From assembly GCA_964057225.1 (NCBI GenBank), contig OZ059898.1, positions 1,426,001-1,490,000 of the forward strand: DNA of 64,000 nucleotides, given 5' to 3'. The notes below the pieces were generated by a model. It saw only the letters and a program-made list of their open reading frames with translations, was not told the origin of the DNA and made no database searches. A program made the position numbers and the translations under genes. Source of the DNA: Auanema rhodensis (taxonomy: Eukaryota > Animalia > Nematoda). Each line of letters starts with the position of its first letter. The stretch's first letter is position 1. This document shows positions 1 to 15,000 of the stretch, piece by piece.

Positions 1-3000
1 AAAAAAGAAATCTAAAAACATCTACTTTTTGCTAAATTATTTTGAAATTTTTCGAAAAAATTTTTGTCAATATGTTTTTGGAAGCAATGTTGAGTGTACA
101 TGGAAACTCAACATACACTAATGCATCATTTTTCAAACGATCATAACTAATTTTTGTATTAAGTGTTTCTCAATGTAGTATAGTGCATTCGATGCGGATT
201 TTTAAGCTGCGTCGATCTGTGTTATCAGATTTGCGCTAGCTTAAAAATGCACTGAGATATCAACTGATATAAGTTCACACTTATATCCTCGATTTTCACC
301 CTGAAGAATTAATTTTTTCGTTGAATAACATTGTCCATCGTCTTTGCCTTGAAAAAAGAAATCTAAAAACATCTACTTTTCGATAAATTATTTTGAAATT
401 TTTCGAAAAAATTTTTGTCAATATGTTTTTGGAAGCAATGTTGAGTGTACATGGAAACTCAACATACACTAATGCATCATTTTTCAAACGATCATAACTA
501 ATTTTTGTATTAAGCGTTTCTCAATGTAGTATAGTGCATTCGATGCGGATTTTTAAGCTGCGTCGATCTGTGTTATCAGATTTGCGCTAGCTTAAAAATG
601 CACCGAGATATCAACTGATATAAGTTCACACTTATATCCTCGATTTTCACCCTGAAGAATTAATTTTTTCGTTGAATAACATTGTCCATCGTCTTTGCCT
701 TGAAAAAAGGAATCTAAAAACATCTACTTTTTGCTAAATTATCTTGAAATTTTTCGAAAAAATTTTTGTCAAAATGTTTTTGGAAGCAATGTTGAGTGTA
801 CATGGAAACTCAACATACACTAATGCATCATTTTTCAAACGATCATAACTAATTTTTGTATTAAGTGTTTCTCAATGTAGTATAGTGCATTCGATGCGGA
901 TTTTTAAGCTGCGTCGATCTGTGTTATCAGATTTGCGCTAGCTTAAAAATGCACTGAGATATCAACTGATATAAGTTCACACTTATATCCTCGATTTTCA
1001 CCCTGAAGAATTAATTTTTTCGTTGAATAACATTGTCCATCGTCTTCGCCTTGAAAAAAGGAATCTAAAAACATCTACTTTTTGCTAAATTATCTCGAAA
1101 TTTTTCGAAAAAATTTTTGTCAAAATGTTTTTGGAAGCAATGTTGAGTGTACATGGAAACTCAACATACACTAATGCATCATTTTTCAAACGATCATAAC
1201 TAATTTTTGTATTAAGCGTTTTTCAATGTAGTATAGTGCATTCGATGCGGATTTTTAAGCTGCGTCGATCTGTGTTATCAGATTTGCGCTAGCTTAAAAA
1301 TGCACCGAGATATCAACTGATATAAGTTCACACTTATATCCTCGATTTTCACCCTGAAGAATTAATTTTTTCGTTGAATAACATTGTCCATCGTCTTTGC
1401 CTTGAAAAAAGGAATCTAAAAACATCTACTTTTTGCTAAATTATTTTGAAATTTTTCGAAAAAATTTTTGTCAAAATATTTTTGGAAGCAATGTTGAGTG
1501 TACATGGAAACTCAACATACACTAATGCATCATTTTTCAAACGATCATAACTAATTTTTGTATTAAGCGTTTCTCAATGTAGTATAGTGCATTCGATGCG
1601 GATTTTTAAGCTGCGTCGATCTGTGTTATCAGATTTGCGCTAGCTTAAAAATGCACCGAGATATTAACTGATATAAGTTCACACTTATATCCTCGATTTT
1701 CACCCTGAAGAATTAATTTTTTCGTTGAATAACAGTGTCCATCGTCTTTGCCTTGAAAAAAGGAATCTAAAAACATCTACTTTTTGCTAAATTATTTTGA
1801 AATTTTTCGAAAAAATTTTTGTCAAAATGTTTTTGGAAGCAATGTTGAGTGTACATGGAAACTCAACATACACTAATGCATCATTTTTCAAACGATCATA
1901 ACTAATTTTTGTATTAAGCGTTTTTCAATGTAGTATAGTGCATTCGATGCGGATTTTTAAGCTGCGTCGATCTGTGTTATCAGATTTGCGCTAGCTTAAA
2001 AATGCACCGAGATATCAACTGGTATAAGTTCACAATTATATCCTCGATTTTCACCCTGAAGAATTAATTTTTTCGTTGAATAACATTGTCCATCGTCTTT
2101 GCCTTGAAAAAAGAAATCTAAAAACATCTACTTTTTGCTAAATTATTTTGAAATTTTTCGAAAAAATTTTTGTCAAAATGTTTTTGGAAGCAATGTTGAG
2201 TGTACATGGAAACTCAACATACACTAATGCATCATTTTTCAAACGATCATAACTAATTTTTGTATTAAGCGTTTCTCAATGTAGTATAGTGCATTCGATG
2301 CGGATTTTTAAGCTGCGTCGATCTGTGTTATCAGATTTGCGCTAGCTTAAAAATGCACCGAGATATCAACTGATATAAGTTCACACTTATATCCTCGATT
2401 TTCACCCTGAAGAATTAATTTTTTCGTTGAATAACATTGTCCATCGTCTTTGCCTTGAAAAAAGAAATCTAAAAACTTCTACTTTTTGATAAATTATTTT
2501 GAAATTTTTCGAAAAAATTTTTGTCAAAATGTTTTTGGAAGCAATGTTGAGTGTACATGGAAACTCAACATACACTAATGCATCATTTTTCAAACGATCA
2601 TAACTAATTTTTGTATTAAGCGTTTTTCAATGTAGTATAGTGCATTCGATGCGGATTTTTAAGCTGCGTCGATCTGTGTTATCAGATTTGCGCTAGCTTA
2701 AAAATGCACCGCGATATCAACTGATATAAGTTCACACTTATATCCTCGATTTTCACCCTGAAGAATTAATTTTTTCGTTGAATAACATTGTCCATCGTCT
2801 TTGCCTTGAAAAAAGGAATCTAAAAACATCTACTTTTTGCTAAATTATTTTGAAATTTTTCGAAAAAATTTTTGTCAAAATGTTTTTGGAAGCAATGTTG
2901 AGTGTACATGGAAACTCAACATACACTAATGCATCATTTTTCAAACAATCATAACTAATTTTTGTATTAAGCGTTTCTCAATGTAGTATAGTGCATTCGA

Positions 3001-6000
3001 TGCGGATTTTTAAGCTGCGTCGATCTGTGTTATCAGATTTGCGCTAGCTTAAAAATGCACCGAGATATCAACTGATATAAGTTCACACTTATATCCTCGA
3101 TTTTCACCCTGAAGAATTAATTTTTTCGTTGAATAACATTGTCCATCGTCTTTGCCTTGAAAAAAGGAATCTAAAAACATCTACTTTTTGCTAAATTATT
3201 TTGAAATTTTTCGAAAATATTTTTGTCAAAATGTTTTTGGAAGCAATGTTGAGTGTACATGGAAACTCAACATACACTAATGCATCATTTTTCAAACGAT
3301 CAAAACTAATTTTTGTATTAAACGTTTTTCAATGTAGTATAGTGCATTCGATGCGGATTTTTAAGCTGCGTCGATCTGTGTTATCAGATTTGCGCTAGCT
3401 TAAAAATGCACCGAGATATCAACTGGTATAAGTTCACACTTATATCCTCGATTTTCACCCTGAAGAATTAATTTTTTCGTCGAATAACATTGTCCATCGT
3501 CTTTGCCTTGAAAAAAGGAATCTAAAAACATCTACTTTCTGCTAAATTATCTTGAAATTTTTCGAAAAAATTTTTGTCAAAATGTTTTTGGAAGCAATGT
3601 TGAGTGTACATGGAAACTCAACATACACTAATGCATCATTTTTCAAACGATCATAACTAATTTTTGTATTAAGCGTTTCTCAATGTAGTATAGTGCATTC
3701 GATGCGGATTTTTAAGCTGCGTCGTTCTGTGTTATCAGATTTGCGCTAGCTTAAAAATGCACCGAGATATCAACTGATATAAGTTCACACTTATATCCTC
3801 GATTTTCACCCTGAAGAATTAATTTTTTCGTTGAATAACATTGTCCATCGTCTTTGCCTTGAAAAAAGGAATCTAAAAACATCTACTTTTTGCTAAATTA
3901 TTCTGAAATTTTTCGAAAAAATTTTTGTCAAAATGTTTTTGGAAGCAATGTTGAGTGTACATGGAAACTCAACATACACTAATGCATCATTTTTCAAACG
4001 ATCAAAACTAATTTTTGTATTAAACGTTTTTCAATGTAGTATAGTGCATTCGATGCGGATTTTTAAGCTGCGTCGATCTGTGTTATCAGATTTGCGCTAG
4101 CTTAAAAATGCACCGAGATATCAACTGATATAAGTTCACACTTATATCCTCGATTTTCACCCTGAAGAATTAATTTTTTCGTTGAATAACATTGTCCATC
4201 GTCTTTGCCTTGAAAAAAGGAATCTAAAAACATCTACTTTTTGCTAAATTATTCTGAAATTTTTCGAAAAAATTTTTGTCAAAATGTTTTTGGAAGCAAT
4301 GTTGAGTGTACATGGAAACTCAACATACACTAATGCATCATTTTTCAAACGATCAAAACTAATTTTTGTATTAAACGTTTTTTAATGTAGTATAGTGCAT
4401 TCGATGCGGATTTTTAAGCTGCGTCGATCTGTGTTATCAGATTTGCGCTAGCTTAAAAATGCACCGAGATATCAACTGGTATAAGTTCACACTTATATCC
4501 TCGATTTTCACCCTGAAGAATTAATTTTTTCGTCGAATAACATTGTCCATCGTCTTTGCCTTGAAAAAAGGAATCTAAAAACATCTACTTTCTGCTAAAT
4601 TATCTTGAAATTTTTCGAAAAAATTTTTGTCAAAATGTTTTTGGAAGCAATGTTGAGTGTACATGGAAACTCAACATACACTAATGCATCATTTTTCAAA
4701 CGATCATGACTAATTTTTGTATTAAGCGTTTCTCAATGTAGTATAGTGCATTCGATGCGGATTTTTAAGCTGCGTCGTTCTGTGTTATCAGATTTGCGCT
4801 AGCTTAAAAATGCACCGAGATATCAACTGATATAAGTTCACACTTATATCCTCGATTTTCACCCTGAAGAATTAATTTTTTCGTTGAATAACATTGTCCA
4901 TCGTCTTTGCCTTGAAAAAAGGAATCTAAAAACATCTACTTTTTGCTAAATTATTCTGAAATTTTTCGAAAAAATTTTTGTCAAAATGTTTTTGGAAGCA
5001 ATGTTGAGTGTACATGGAAACTCAACATACACTAATGCATCATTTTTCAAACGATCATAACTAATTTTTGTATTAAGCGTTTCTCAATGTAGTATAGTGC
5101 ATTCGATGCGGATTTTTAAGCTGCGTCGTTCTGTGTTATCAGATTTGCGCTAGCTTAAAAATGCACCGAGATATCAACTGATATAAGTTCACACTTATAT
5201 CCTCGATTTTCACCCTGAAGAATTAATTTTTTCGTTGAATAACATTGTCCATCGTCTTTGCCTTGAAAAAAGGAATCTAAAAACATCTACTTTTTGCTAA
5301 ATTATTTTGAAATTTTTCGAAAAAATTTTTGTCAAAATGTTTTTGGAAGCAATGTTGAGTGTACATGGAAACTCAACATACACTAATGCATCATTTTTCA
5401 AACGGTCATAACTAATTTTTGTATTAAGCGTTTCTCAATGTAGTATAGTGCATTCGATGCGGATTTTTAAGCTGCGTCGATCTGTGTTATCAGATTTGCG
5501 CTAGCTTAAAAATGCACCGAGATATTAACTGATATAAGTTCACACTTATATCCTCGATTTTCACCCTGAAGAATTAATTTTTTCGTTGGATAACATTGTC
5601 CATCGTCTTTGCCTTGAAAAAAGGAATCTAAAAACATCTACTTTTTGCTAAATTATTTTGAAATTTTTCGAAAAAAATTTTTGTCAAAATGTTTTTGGAA
5701 GCAATGTTGAGTGTACATGGAAACTCAACATACACTAATGCATCATTTTTCAAACGATCATAACTAATTTTTGTATTAAGCGTTTCTCAATGTAGTATAG
5801 TGCATTCGATGCGGATTTTTAAGCTGCGTCGATCTGTGTTATCAGATTTGCGCTAGCTTAAAAATGCACCGAGATATCAACTGATATAAGTTCACACTTA
5901 TATCCTCGATTTTCACCCTGAAGAATTAATTTTTTCGTTGAATAACATTGTCCATCGTCTTTGCCTTGAAAAAAGGAATCTAAAAACATCTACTTTTTGC

Positions 6001-9000
6001 TAAATTATTTTGAAATTTTTCGAAAACATTTTTGTCAAAATGTTTTTGGAAGCAATGTTGAGTGTACATGGAAACTCAACATACACTAATGCATCATTTT
6101 TCAAACGATCATAACTAATTTTTGTATTAAACGTTTTTCAATGTAGTATAGTGCATTCGATGCGGATTTTTAAGCTGCGTCGATCTGTGTTATCAGATTT
6201 GCGCTAGCTTAAAAATGCACCGAGATATCAACTGGTATAAGTTCACACTTATATCCTCGATTTTCACCCTGAAGAATTAATTTTTTCGTCGAATAACATT
6301 GTCCATCGTCTTTGCCTTGAAAAAAGGAATCTAAAAACATCTACTTTCTGCTAAATTATCTTGAGATTTTTCGAAAAAATTTTTGTCAAAATGTTTTTGG
6401 AAGCAATGTTGAGTGTACATGGAAACTCAACATACACTAATGCATCATTTTTCAAACGATCATAACTAATTTTTGTATTAAGCGTTTCTCAATGTAGTAT
6501 AGTGCATTCGATGCGGATTTTTAAGCTGCGTCGTTCTGTGTTATCAGATTTGCGCTAGCTTAAAAATGCACCGAGATATCAACTGATATAAGTTCACACT
6601 TATATCCTCGATTTTCACCCTGAAGAATTAATTTTTTCGTTGAATAACATTGTCCATCGTCTTTGCCTTGAAAAAAGGAATCTAAAAACATCTACTTTTT
6701 GCTAAATTATTTTGAAATTTTTCGAAAAAAATTTTTGTCAAAATGTTTTTGGAAGCAATGTTGAGTGTACATGGAAACTCAACATACACTAATGCATCAT
6801 TTTTCAAACGATCATAACTAATTTTTGTATTAAGCGTTTCTCAATGTAGTATAGTGCATTCGATGCGGATTTTTAAGCTGCGTCGATCTGTGTTATCAGA
6901 TTTGCGCTAGCTTAAAAATGCACCGAGATATCAACTGATATAAGTTCACACTTATATCCTCGATTTTCACCCTGAAGAATTAATTTTTTCGTTGAATAAC
7001 ATTGTCCATCGTCTTTGCCTTGAAAAAAGGAATCTAAAAACATCTACTTTTTGCTAAATTATTTTGAAATTTTTCGAAAACATTTTTGTCAAAATGTTTT
7101 TGGAAGCAATGTTGAGTGTACATGGAAACTCAACATACACTAATGCATCATTTTTCAAACGATCATAACTAATTTTTGTATTAAACGTTTTTCAATGTAG
7201 TATAGTGCATTCGATGCGGATTTTTAAGCTGCGTCGATCTGTGTTATCAGATTTGCGCTAGCTTAAAAATGCACCGAGATATCAACTGGTATAAGTTCAC
7301 ACTTATATCCTCGATTTTCACCCTGAAGAATTAATTTTTTCGTTGAATAACATTGTCCATCGTCTTTGCCTTGAAAAAAGGAATCTAAAAACATCTACTT
7401 TCTGCTAAATTATCTTGAGATTTTTCGAAAAAATTTTTGTCAAAATGTTTTTGGAAGCAATGTTGAGTGTACATGGAAACTCAACATACACTAATGCATC
7501 ATTTTTCAAACGATCATAACTAATTTTTGTATTAAGCGTTTCTCAATGTAGTATAGTGCATTCGATGCGGATTTTTAAGCTGCGTCGTTCTGTGTTATCA
7601 GATTTGCGCTAGCTTAAAAATGCACCGAGATATCAACTGATATAAGTTCACACTTATATCCTCGATTTTCACCCTGAAGAATTAATTTTTTCGTTGAATA
7701 ACATTGTCCATCGTCTTTGCCTTGAAAAAAGGAATCTAAAAACATCTACTTTTTGCTAAATTATTCTGAAATTTTTCGAAAAAATTTTTGTCAAAATGTT
7801 TTTGGAAGCAATGTTGAGTGTACATGGAAACTCAACATACACTAATGCATCATTTTTCAAACGATCATAACTAATTTTTGTATTAAGCGTTTCTCATAGT
7901 AGTATAGTGCATTCGATGCGGATTTTTAAGCTGCGTCGTTCTGTGTTATCAGATTTGCGCTAGCTTAAAAATGCACCGAGATATCAACTGATATAAGTTC
8001 ACACTTATATCCTCGATTTTCACCCTGAAGAATTAATTTTTTCGTTGAATAACATTGTCCATCGTCTTTGCCTTGAAAAAAGGAATCTAAAAACATCTAC
8101 TTTTTGCTAAATTATTTTGAAATTTTTCGAAAAAATTTTTGTCAAAATGTTTTTGGAAGCAATGTTGAGTGTACATGGAAACTCAACATACACTAATGCA
8201 TCATTTTTCAAACAATCATAACTAATTTTTGTATTAAGCGTTTCTCAATGTAGTATAGTGCATTCGATGCGGATTTTTAAGCTGCGTCGATCTGTGTTAT
8301 CAGATTTGCGCTAGCTTAAAAATGCACCGAGATATCAACTGATATAAGTTCACACTTATATCCTCGATTTTCACCCTGAAGAATTAATTTTTTCGTTGAA
8401 TAACATTGTCCATCGTCTTTGCCTTGAAAAAAGGAATCTAAAAACATCTACTTTTTGCTAAATTATTTTGAAATTTTTCGAAAAAATTTTTGTCAAAATG
8501 TTTTTGGAAGCAATGTTGAGTGTACATGGAAACTCAACATACACTAATGCATCATTTTTCAAACGATCATAACTAATTTTTGTATTAAGCGTTTCTCAAT
8601 GTAGTATAGTGCATTCGATGCGGATTTTTAAGCTGCGTCGATCTGTGTTATCAGATTTGCGCTAGCTTAAAAATGCACCGAGATATCAACTGATATAAGT
8701 TCACACTTATATCCTCGATTTTCACCCTGAAGAATTAATTTTTTCGTTGAATAACATTGTCCATCGTCTTTGCCTTGAAAAAAGGAATCTAAAAACATCT
8801 ACTTTTTGCTAAATTATTTTGAAATTTTTCGAAAACATTTTTGTCAAAATGTTTTTGGAAGCAATGTTGAGTGTACATGGAAACTCAACATACACTAATG
8901 CATCATTTTTCAAACGATCATAACTAATTTTTGTATTAAACGTTTTTCAATGTAGTATAGTGCATTCGATGCGGATTTTTAAGCTGCGTCGATCTGTGTT

Positions 9001-12000
9001 ATCAGATTTGCGCTAGCTTAAAAATGCACCGAGATATCAACTGGTATAAGTTCACACTTATATCCTCGATTTTCACCCTGAAGAATTAATTTTTTCGTCG
9101 AATAACATTGTCCATCGTCTTTGCCTTGAAAAAAGGAATCTAAAAACATCTACTTTTTGCTAAATTATTTTGAAATTTTTCGAAAAAATTTTTGTCAAAA
9201 TGTTTTTGGAAGCAATGTTGAGTGTACATGGAAACTCAACATACACTAATGCATCATTTTTCAAACGATCATAACTAATTTTTGTATTAAACGTTTTTCA
9301 ATGTAGTATAGTGCGTTCGATGCGGATTTTTAAGATGCGTCGATCTGTGTTATCAGATTTGCGCTAGCTTAAAAATGCACCGAGATATCAACTGGTATAA
9401 GTTCACACTTATATCCTCGATTTTCACCCTGAAGAATTAATTTTTTCGTCGATTAACATTGTCCATCGTCTTTGCCTTGAAAAAAGGAGTCTAAAAACAT
9501 CTACTTTTCGCTAAATTATCTTGAAATTTTTCGAAAAAATTTTTGTCAAAATGTTTTTGGAAGCAATGTTGAGTGTACATGGAAACTCAACATACACTAA
9601 TGCATCATTTTTCAAACGATCATAACTAATTTTTGTATTAAGCGTTTCTCAATGTAGTATAGTGCATTCGATGCGGATTTTTAAGCTGCGTCGATCTGTG
9701 TTATCAGATTTGCGCTAGCTTAAAAATGCACCGAGATATCAACTGATATAAGTTCACACTTATATCCTCGATTTTCACCCTGAAGAATTAATTTTTTCGT
9801 TGAATAACATTGTCCATCGTCTTTGCCTTGAAAAAAGGAATCTAAAAACATCTACTTTTTGCTAAATTATTTTGAAATTTTTCGAAAAAATTTTTGTCAA
9901 AATGTTTTTGGAAGCAATGTTGAGTGTACATGGAAACTCAACATACACTAATGCATCATTTTTCAAACGATCATAACTAATTTTTGTATTAAGCGTTTCT
10001 CAATGTAGTATAGTGCATTCGATGCGGATTTTTAAGCTGCGTCGATCTGTGTTATCAGATTTGCGCTAGCTTAAAAATGCACCGAGATATCAACTGATAT
10101 AAGTTCACACTTATATCCTCGATTTTCACCCTGAAGAATTAATTTTTTCGTTGAATAACATTGTCCATCGTCTTTGCCTTGAAAAAAGGAATCTAAAAAC
10201 ATCTACTTTTTGCTAAATTATTTTGAAATTTTTCGAAAACATTTTTGTCAAAATGTTTTTGGAAGCAATGTTGAGTGTACATGGAAACTCAACATACACT
10301 AATGCATCATTTTTCAAACGATCATAACTAATTTTTGTATTAAACGTTTTTCAATGTAGTATAGTGCATTCGATGCGGATTTTTAAGCTGCGTCGATCTG
10401 TGTTATCAGATTTGCGCTAGCTTAAAAATGCACCGAGATATCAACTGGTATAAGTTCACACTTATATCCTCGATTTTCACCCTGAAGAATTAATTTTTTC
10501 GTCGAATAACATTGTCCATCGTCTTTGCCTTGAAAAAAGGAATCTAAAAACATCTACTTTCTGCTAAATTATCTTGAAATTTTTCGAAAAAATTTTTGTC
10601 AAAATGTTTTTGGACGCAATGTTGAGTGTACATGGAAACTCAACATACACTAATGCATCATTTTTCAAACGATCATAACTAGTTTTTGTATTAAGCGTTT
10701 CTCAATGTAGTATAGTGCATTCGATGCGGATTTTTAAGCTGCGTCGTTCTGTGTTATCAGATTTGCGCTAGCTTAAAAATGCACCGAGATATCAACTGAT
10801 ATAAGTTCACACTTATATCCTCGATTTTCACCCTGAAGAATTAATTTTTTCGTTGAATAACATTGTCCATCGTCTTTGCCTTGAAAAAAGGAATCTAAAA
10901 ACATCTACTTTTTGCTAAATTATCTTGAAATTTTTCGAAAAAATTTTTGTCAAAATGTTTTTGGAAGCAATGTTGAGTGTACATGGAAACTCAACATACA
11001 CTAATGCATCATTTTTCAAACGATCATAACTAATTTTTGTATTAAGTGTTTCTCAATGTAGTATAGTGCATTCGATGCGGATTTTTAAGCTGCGTCGATC
11101 TGTGTTATCAGATTTGCGCTAGCTTAAAAATGCACTGAGATATCAACTGATATAAGTTCACACTTATATCCTCGATTTTCACCCTGAAGAATTAATTTTT
11201 TCGTTGAATAACATTGTCCATCGTCTTTGCCTTGAAAAAAGGAATCTAAAAACATCTACTTTTTGCTAAATTATCTCGAAATTTTTCGAAAAAATTTTTG
11301 TCAAAATGTTTTTGGAAGCAATGTTGAGTGTACATGGAAACTCAACATACACTAATGCATCATTTTTCAAACGATCATAACTAATTTTTGTATTAAACGT
11401 TTTTCAATGTAGTATAGTGCATTCGATGCGGATTTTTAAGCTGCGTCGATCTGTGTTATCAGATTTGCGCTAGCTTAAAAATGCACCGAGATATCAACTG
11501 GTATAAGTTCACACTTATATCCTCGATTTTCACCCTGAAGAATTAATTTTTTCGTCGAATAACATTGTCCATCGTCTTTGCCTTGAAAAAAGGAATCTAA
11601 AAACATCTACTTTCTGCTAAATTATCTTGAAATTTTTCGAAAAAATTTTTGTCAAAATGTTTTTGGACGCAATGTTGAGTGTACATGGAAACTCAACATA
11701 CACTAATGCATCATTTTTCAAACGATCATAACTAGTTTTTGTATTAAGCGTTTCTCAATGTAGTATAGTGCATTCGATGCGGATTTTTAAGCTGCGTCGT
11801 TCTGTGTTATCAGATTTGCGCTAGCTTAAAAATGCACCGAGATATCAACTGATATAAGTTCACACTTATATCCTCGATTTTCACCCTGAAGAATTAATTT
11901 TTTCGTTGAATAACATTGTCCATCGTCTTTGCCTTGAAAAAAGGAATCTAAAAACATCTACTTTTTGCTAAATTATCTTGAAATTTTTCGAAAAAATTTT

Positions 12001-15000
12001 TGTCAAAATGTTTTTGGAAGCAATGTTGAGTGTACATGGAAACTCAACATACACTAATGCATCATTTTTCAAACGATCATAACTAATTTTTGTATTAAGT
12101 GTTTCTCAATGTAGTATAGTGCATTCGATGCGGATTTTTAAGCTGCGTCGATCTGTGTTATCAGATTTGCGCTAGCTTAAAAATGCACTGAGATATCAAC
12201 TGATATAAGTTCACACTTATATCCTCGATTTTCACCCTGAAGAATTAATTTTTTCGTTGAATAACATTGTCCATCGTCTTTGCCTTGAAAAAAGGAATCT
12301 AAAAACATCTACTTTTTGCTAAATTATCTCGAAATTTTTCGAAAAAATTTTTGTCAAAATGTTTTTGGAAGCAATGTTGAGTGTACATGGAAACTCAACA
12401 TACACTAATGCATCATTTTTCAAACGATCATAACTAATTTTTGTATTAAGCGTTTCTCAATGTAGTATAGTGCATTCGATGCGGATTTTTAAGCTGCGTC
12501 GATCTGTGTTATCAGATTTGCGCTAGCTTAAAAATGCACCGAGATATCAACTGATATAAGTTCACACTTATATCCTCGATTTTCACCCTGAAGAATTAAT
12601 TTTTTCGTTGAATAACATTGTCCATCGTCTTTGCCTTGAAAAAAGGAATCTAAAAACATCTACTTTTTGCTAAATTATTTTGAAATTTTTCGAAAAAATT
12701 TTTGTCAAAATGTTTTTGGAAGCAATGTTGAGTGTACATGGAAACTCAACATACACTAATGCATCATTTTTCAAACGATCATAACTAATTTTTGTATTAA
12801 ACGTTTTTCAATGTAGTATAGTGCATTCGATGCGGATTTTTAAGCTGCGTCGATCTGTGTTATCAGATTTGCGCTAGCTTAAAAATGCACCGAGATATCA
12901 ACTGATATAAGTTCACACTTATATCCTCGATTTTCACCCTGAAGAATTAATTTTTTCGTTGAATAACATTGTCCATCGTCTTTGCTTTGAAAAAAGGAAT
13001 CTAAAAACATCTACTTTTTGCTAAATTATTTTGAAATTTTTCGAAAAAATTTTTGTCAAAATGTTTTTGGAAGCAATGTTGAGTGTACATGGAAACTCAA
13101 CATACACTAATGCATCATTTTTCAAACGATCATAACTAGTTTTTGTATTAAGCGTTTCTCAATGTAGTATAGTGCATTCGATGCGGATTTTTAAGCTGCG
13201 TCGTTCTGTGTTATCAGATTTGCGCTAGCTTAAAAATGCACCGAGATATCAACTGATATAAGTTCACACTTATATCCTCGATTTTCACCCTGAAGAATTA
13301 ATTTTTTCGTTGAATAACATTGTCCATCGTCTTTGCCTTGAAAAAAGGAATCTAAAAACATCTACTTTTTGCTAAATTATCTTGAAATTTTTCGAAAAAA
13401 TTTTTGTCAAAATGTTTTTGGAAGCAATGTTGAGTGTACATGGAAACTCAACATACACTAATGCATCATTTTTCAAACGATCATAACTAATTTTTGTATT
13501 AAGTGTTTCTCAATGTAGTATAGTGCATTCGATGCGGATTTTTAAGCTGCGTCGATCTGTGTTATCAGATTTGCGCTAGCTTAAAAATGCACTGAGATAT
13601 CAACTGATATAAGTTCACACTTATATCCTCGATTTTCACCCTGAAGAATTAATTTTTTCGTTGAATAACATTGTCCATCGTCTTTGCCTTGAAAAAAGGA
13701 ATCTAAAAACATCTACTTTTTGCTAAATTATCTCGAAATTTTTCGAAAAAATTTTTGTCAAAATGTTTTTGGAAGCAATGTTGAGTGTACATGGAAACTC
13801 AACATACACTAATGCATCATTTTTCAAACGATCATAACTAATTTTTGTATTAAGCGTTTCTCAATGTAGTATAGTGCATTCGATGCGGATTTTTAAGCTG
13901 CGTCGATCTGTGTTATCAGATTTGCGCTAGCTTAAAAATGCACCGAGATATCAACTGATATAAGTTCACACTTATATCCTCGATTTTCACCCTGAAGAAT
14001 TAATTTTTTCGTTGAATAACATTGTCCATCGTCTTTGCCTTGAAAAAAGGAATCTAAAAACATCTACTTTTTGCTAAATTATTTTGAAATTTTTCGAAAA
14101 AATTTTTGTCAAAATGTTTTTGGAAGCAATGTTGAGTGTACATGGAAACTCAACATACACTAATGCATCATTTTTCAAACGATCATAACTAATTTTTGTA
14201 TTAAACGTTTTTCAATGTAGTATAGTGCATTCGATGCGGATTTTTAAGCTGCGTCGATCTGTGTTATCAGATTTGCGCTAGCTTAAAAATGCACCGAGAT
14301 ATCAACTGATATAAGTTCACACTTATATCCTCGATTTTCACCCTGAAGAATTAATTTTTTCGTTGAATAACATTGTCCATCGTCTTTGCTTTGAAAAAAG
14401 GAATCTAAAAACATCTACTTTTTGCTAAATTATTTTGAAATTTTTCGAAAAAATTTTTGTCAAAATGTTTTTGGAAGCAATGTTGAGTGTACATGGAAAC
14501 TCAACATACACTAATGCATCATTTTTCAAACAATCATAACTAATTTTTGTATTAAGCGTTTCTCAATGTAGTATAGTGCATTCGATGCGGATTTTTAAGC
14601 TGCGTCGATCTGTGTTATCAGATTTGCGCTAGCTTAAAAATGCACCGAGATATCAACTGATATAAGTTCACACTTATATCCTCGATTTTCACCCTGAAGA
14701 ATTAATTTTTTCGTTGAATAACATTGTCCATCGTCTTTGCCTTGAAAAAAGGAATCTAAAAACATCTACTTTTTGCTAAATTATTTTGAAATTTTTCGAA
14801 AAAATTTTTGTCAAAATGTTTTTGGAAGCAATGTTGAGTGTACATGGAAACTCAACATACACTAATGCATCATTTTTCAAACGATCATAACTAATTTTTG
14901 TATTAAACGTTTTTCAATGTAGTATAGTGCATTCGATGCGGATTTTTAAGCTGCGTCGATCTGTGTTATCAGATTTGCGCTAGCTTAAAAATGCACCGAG

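Noticed and set aside
138-218. Satellite GATC sites as targets of the element's Dam-like domain
   Set aside because: Two GATC per 351 bp is unremarkable, and the domain's activity and specificity are unknown.
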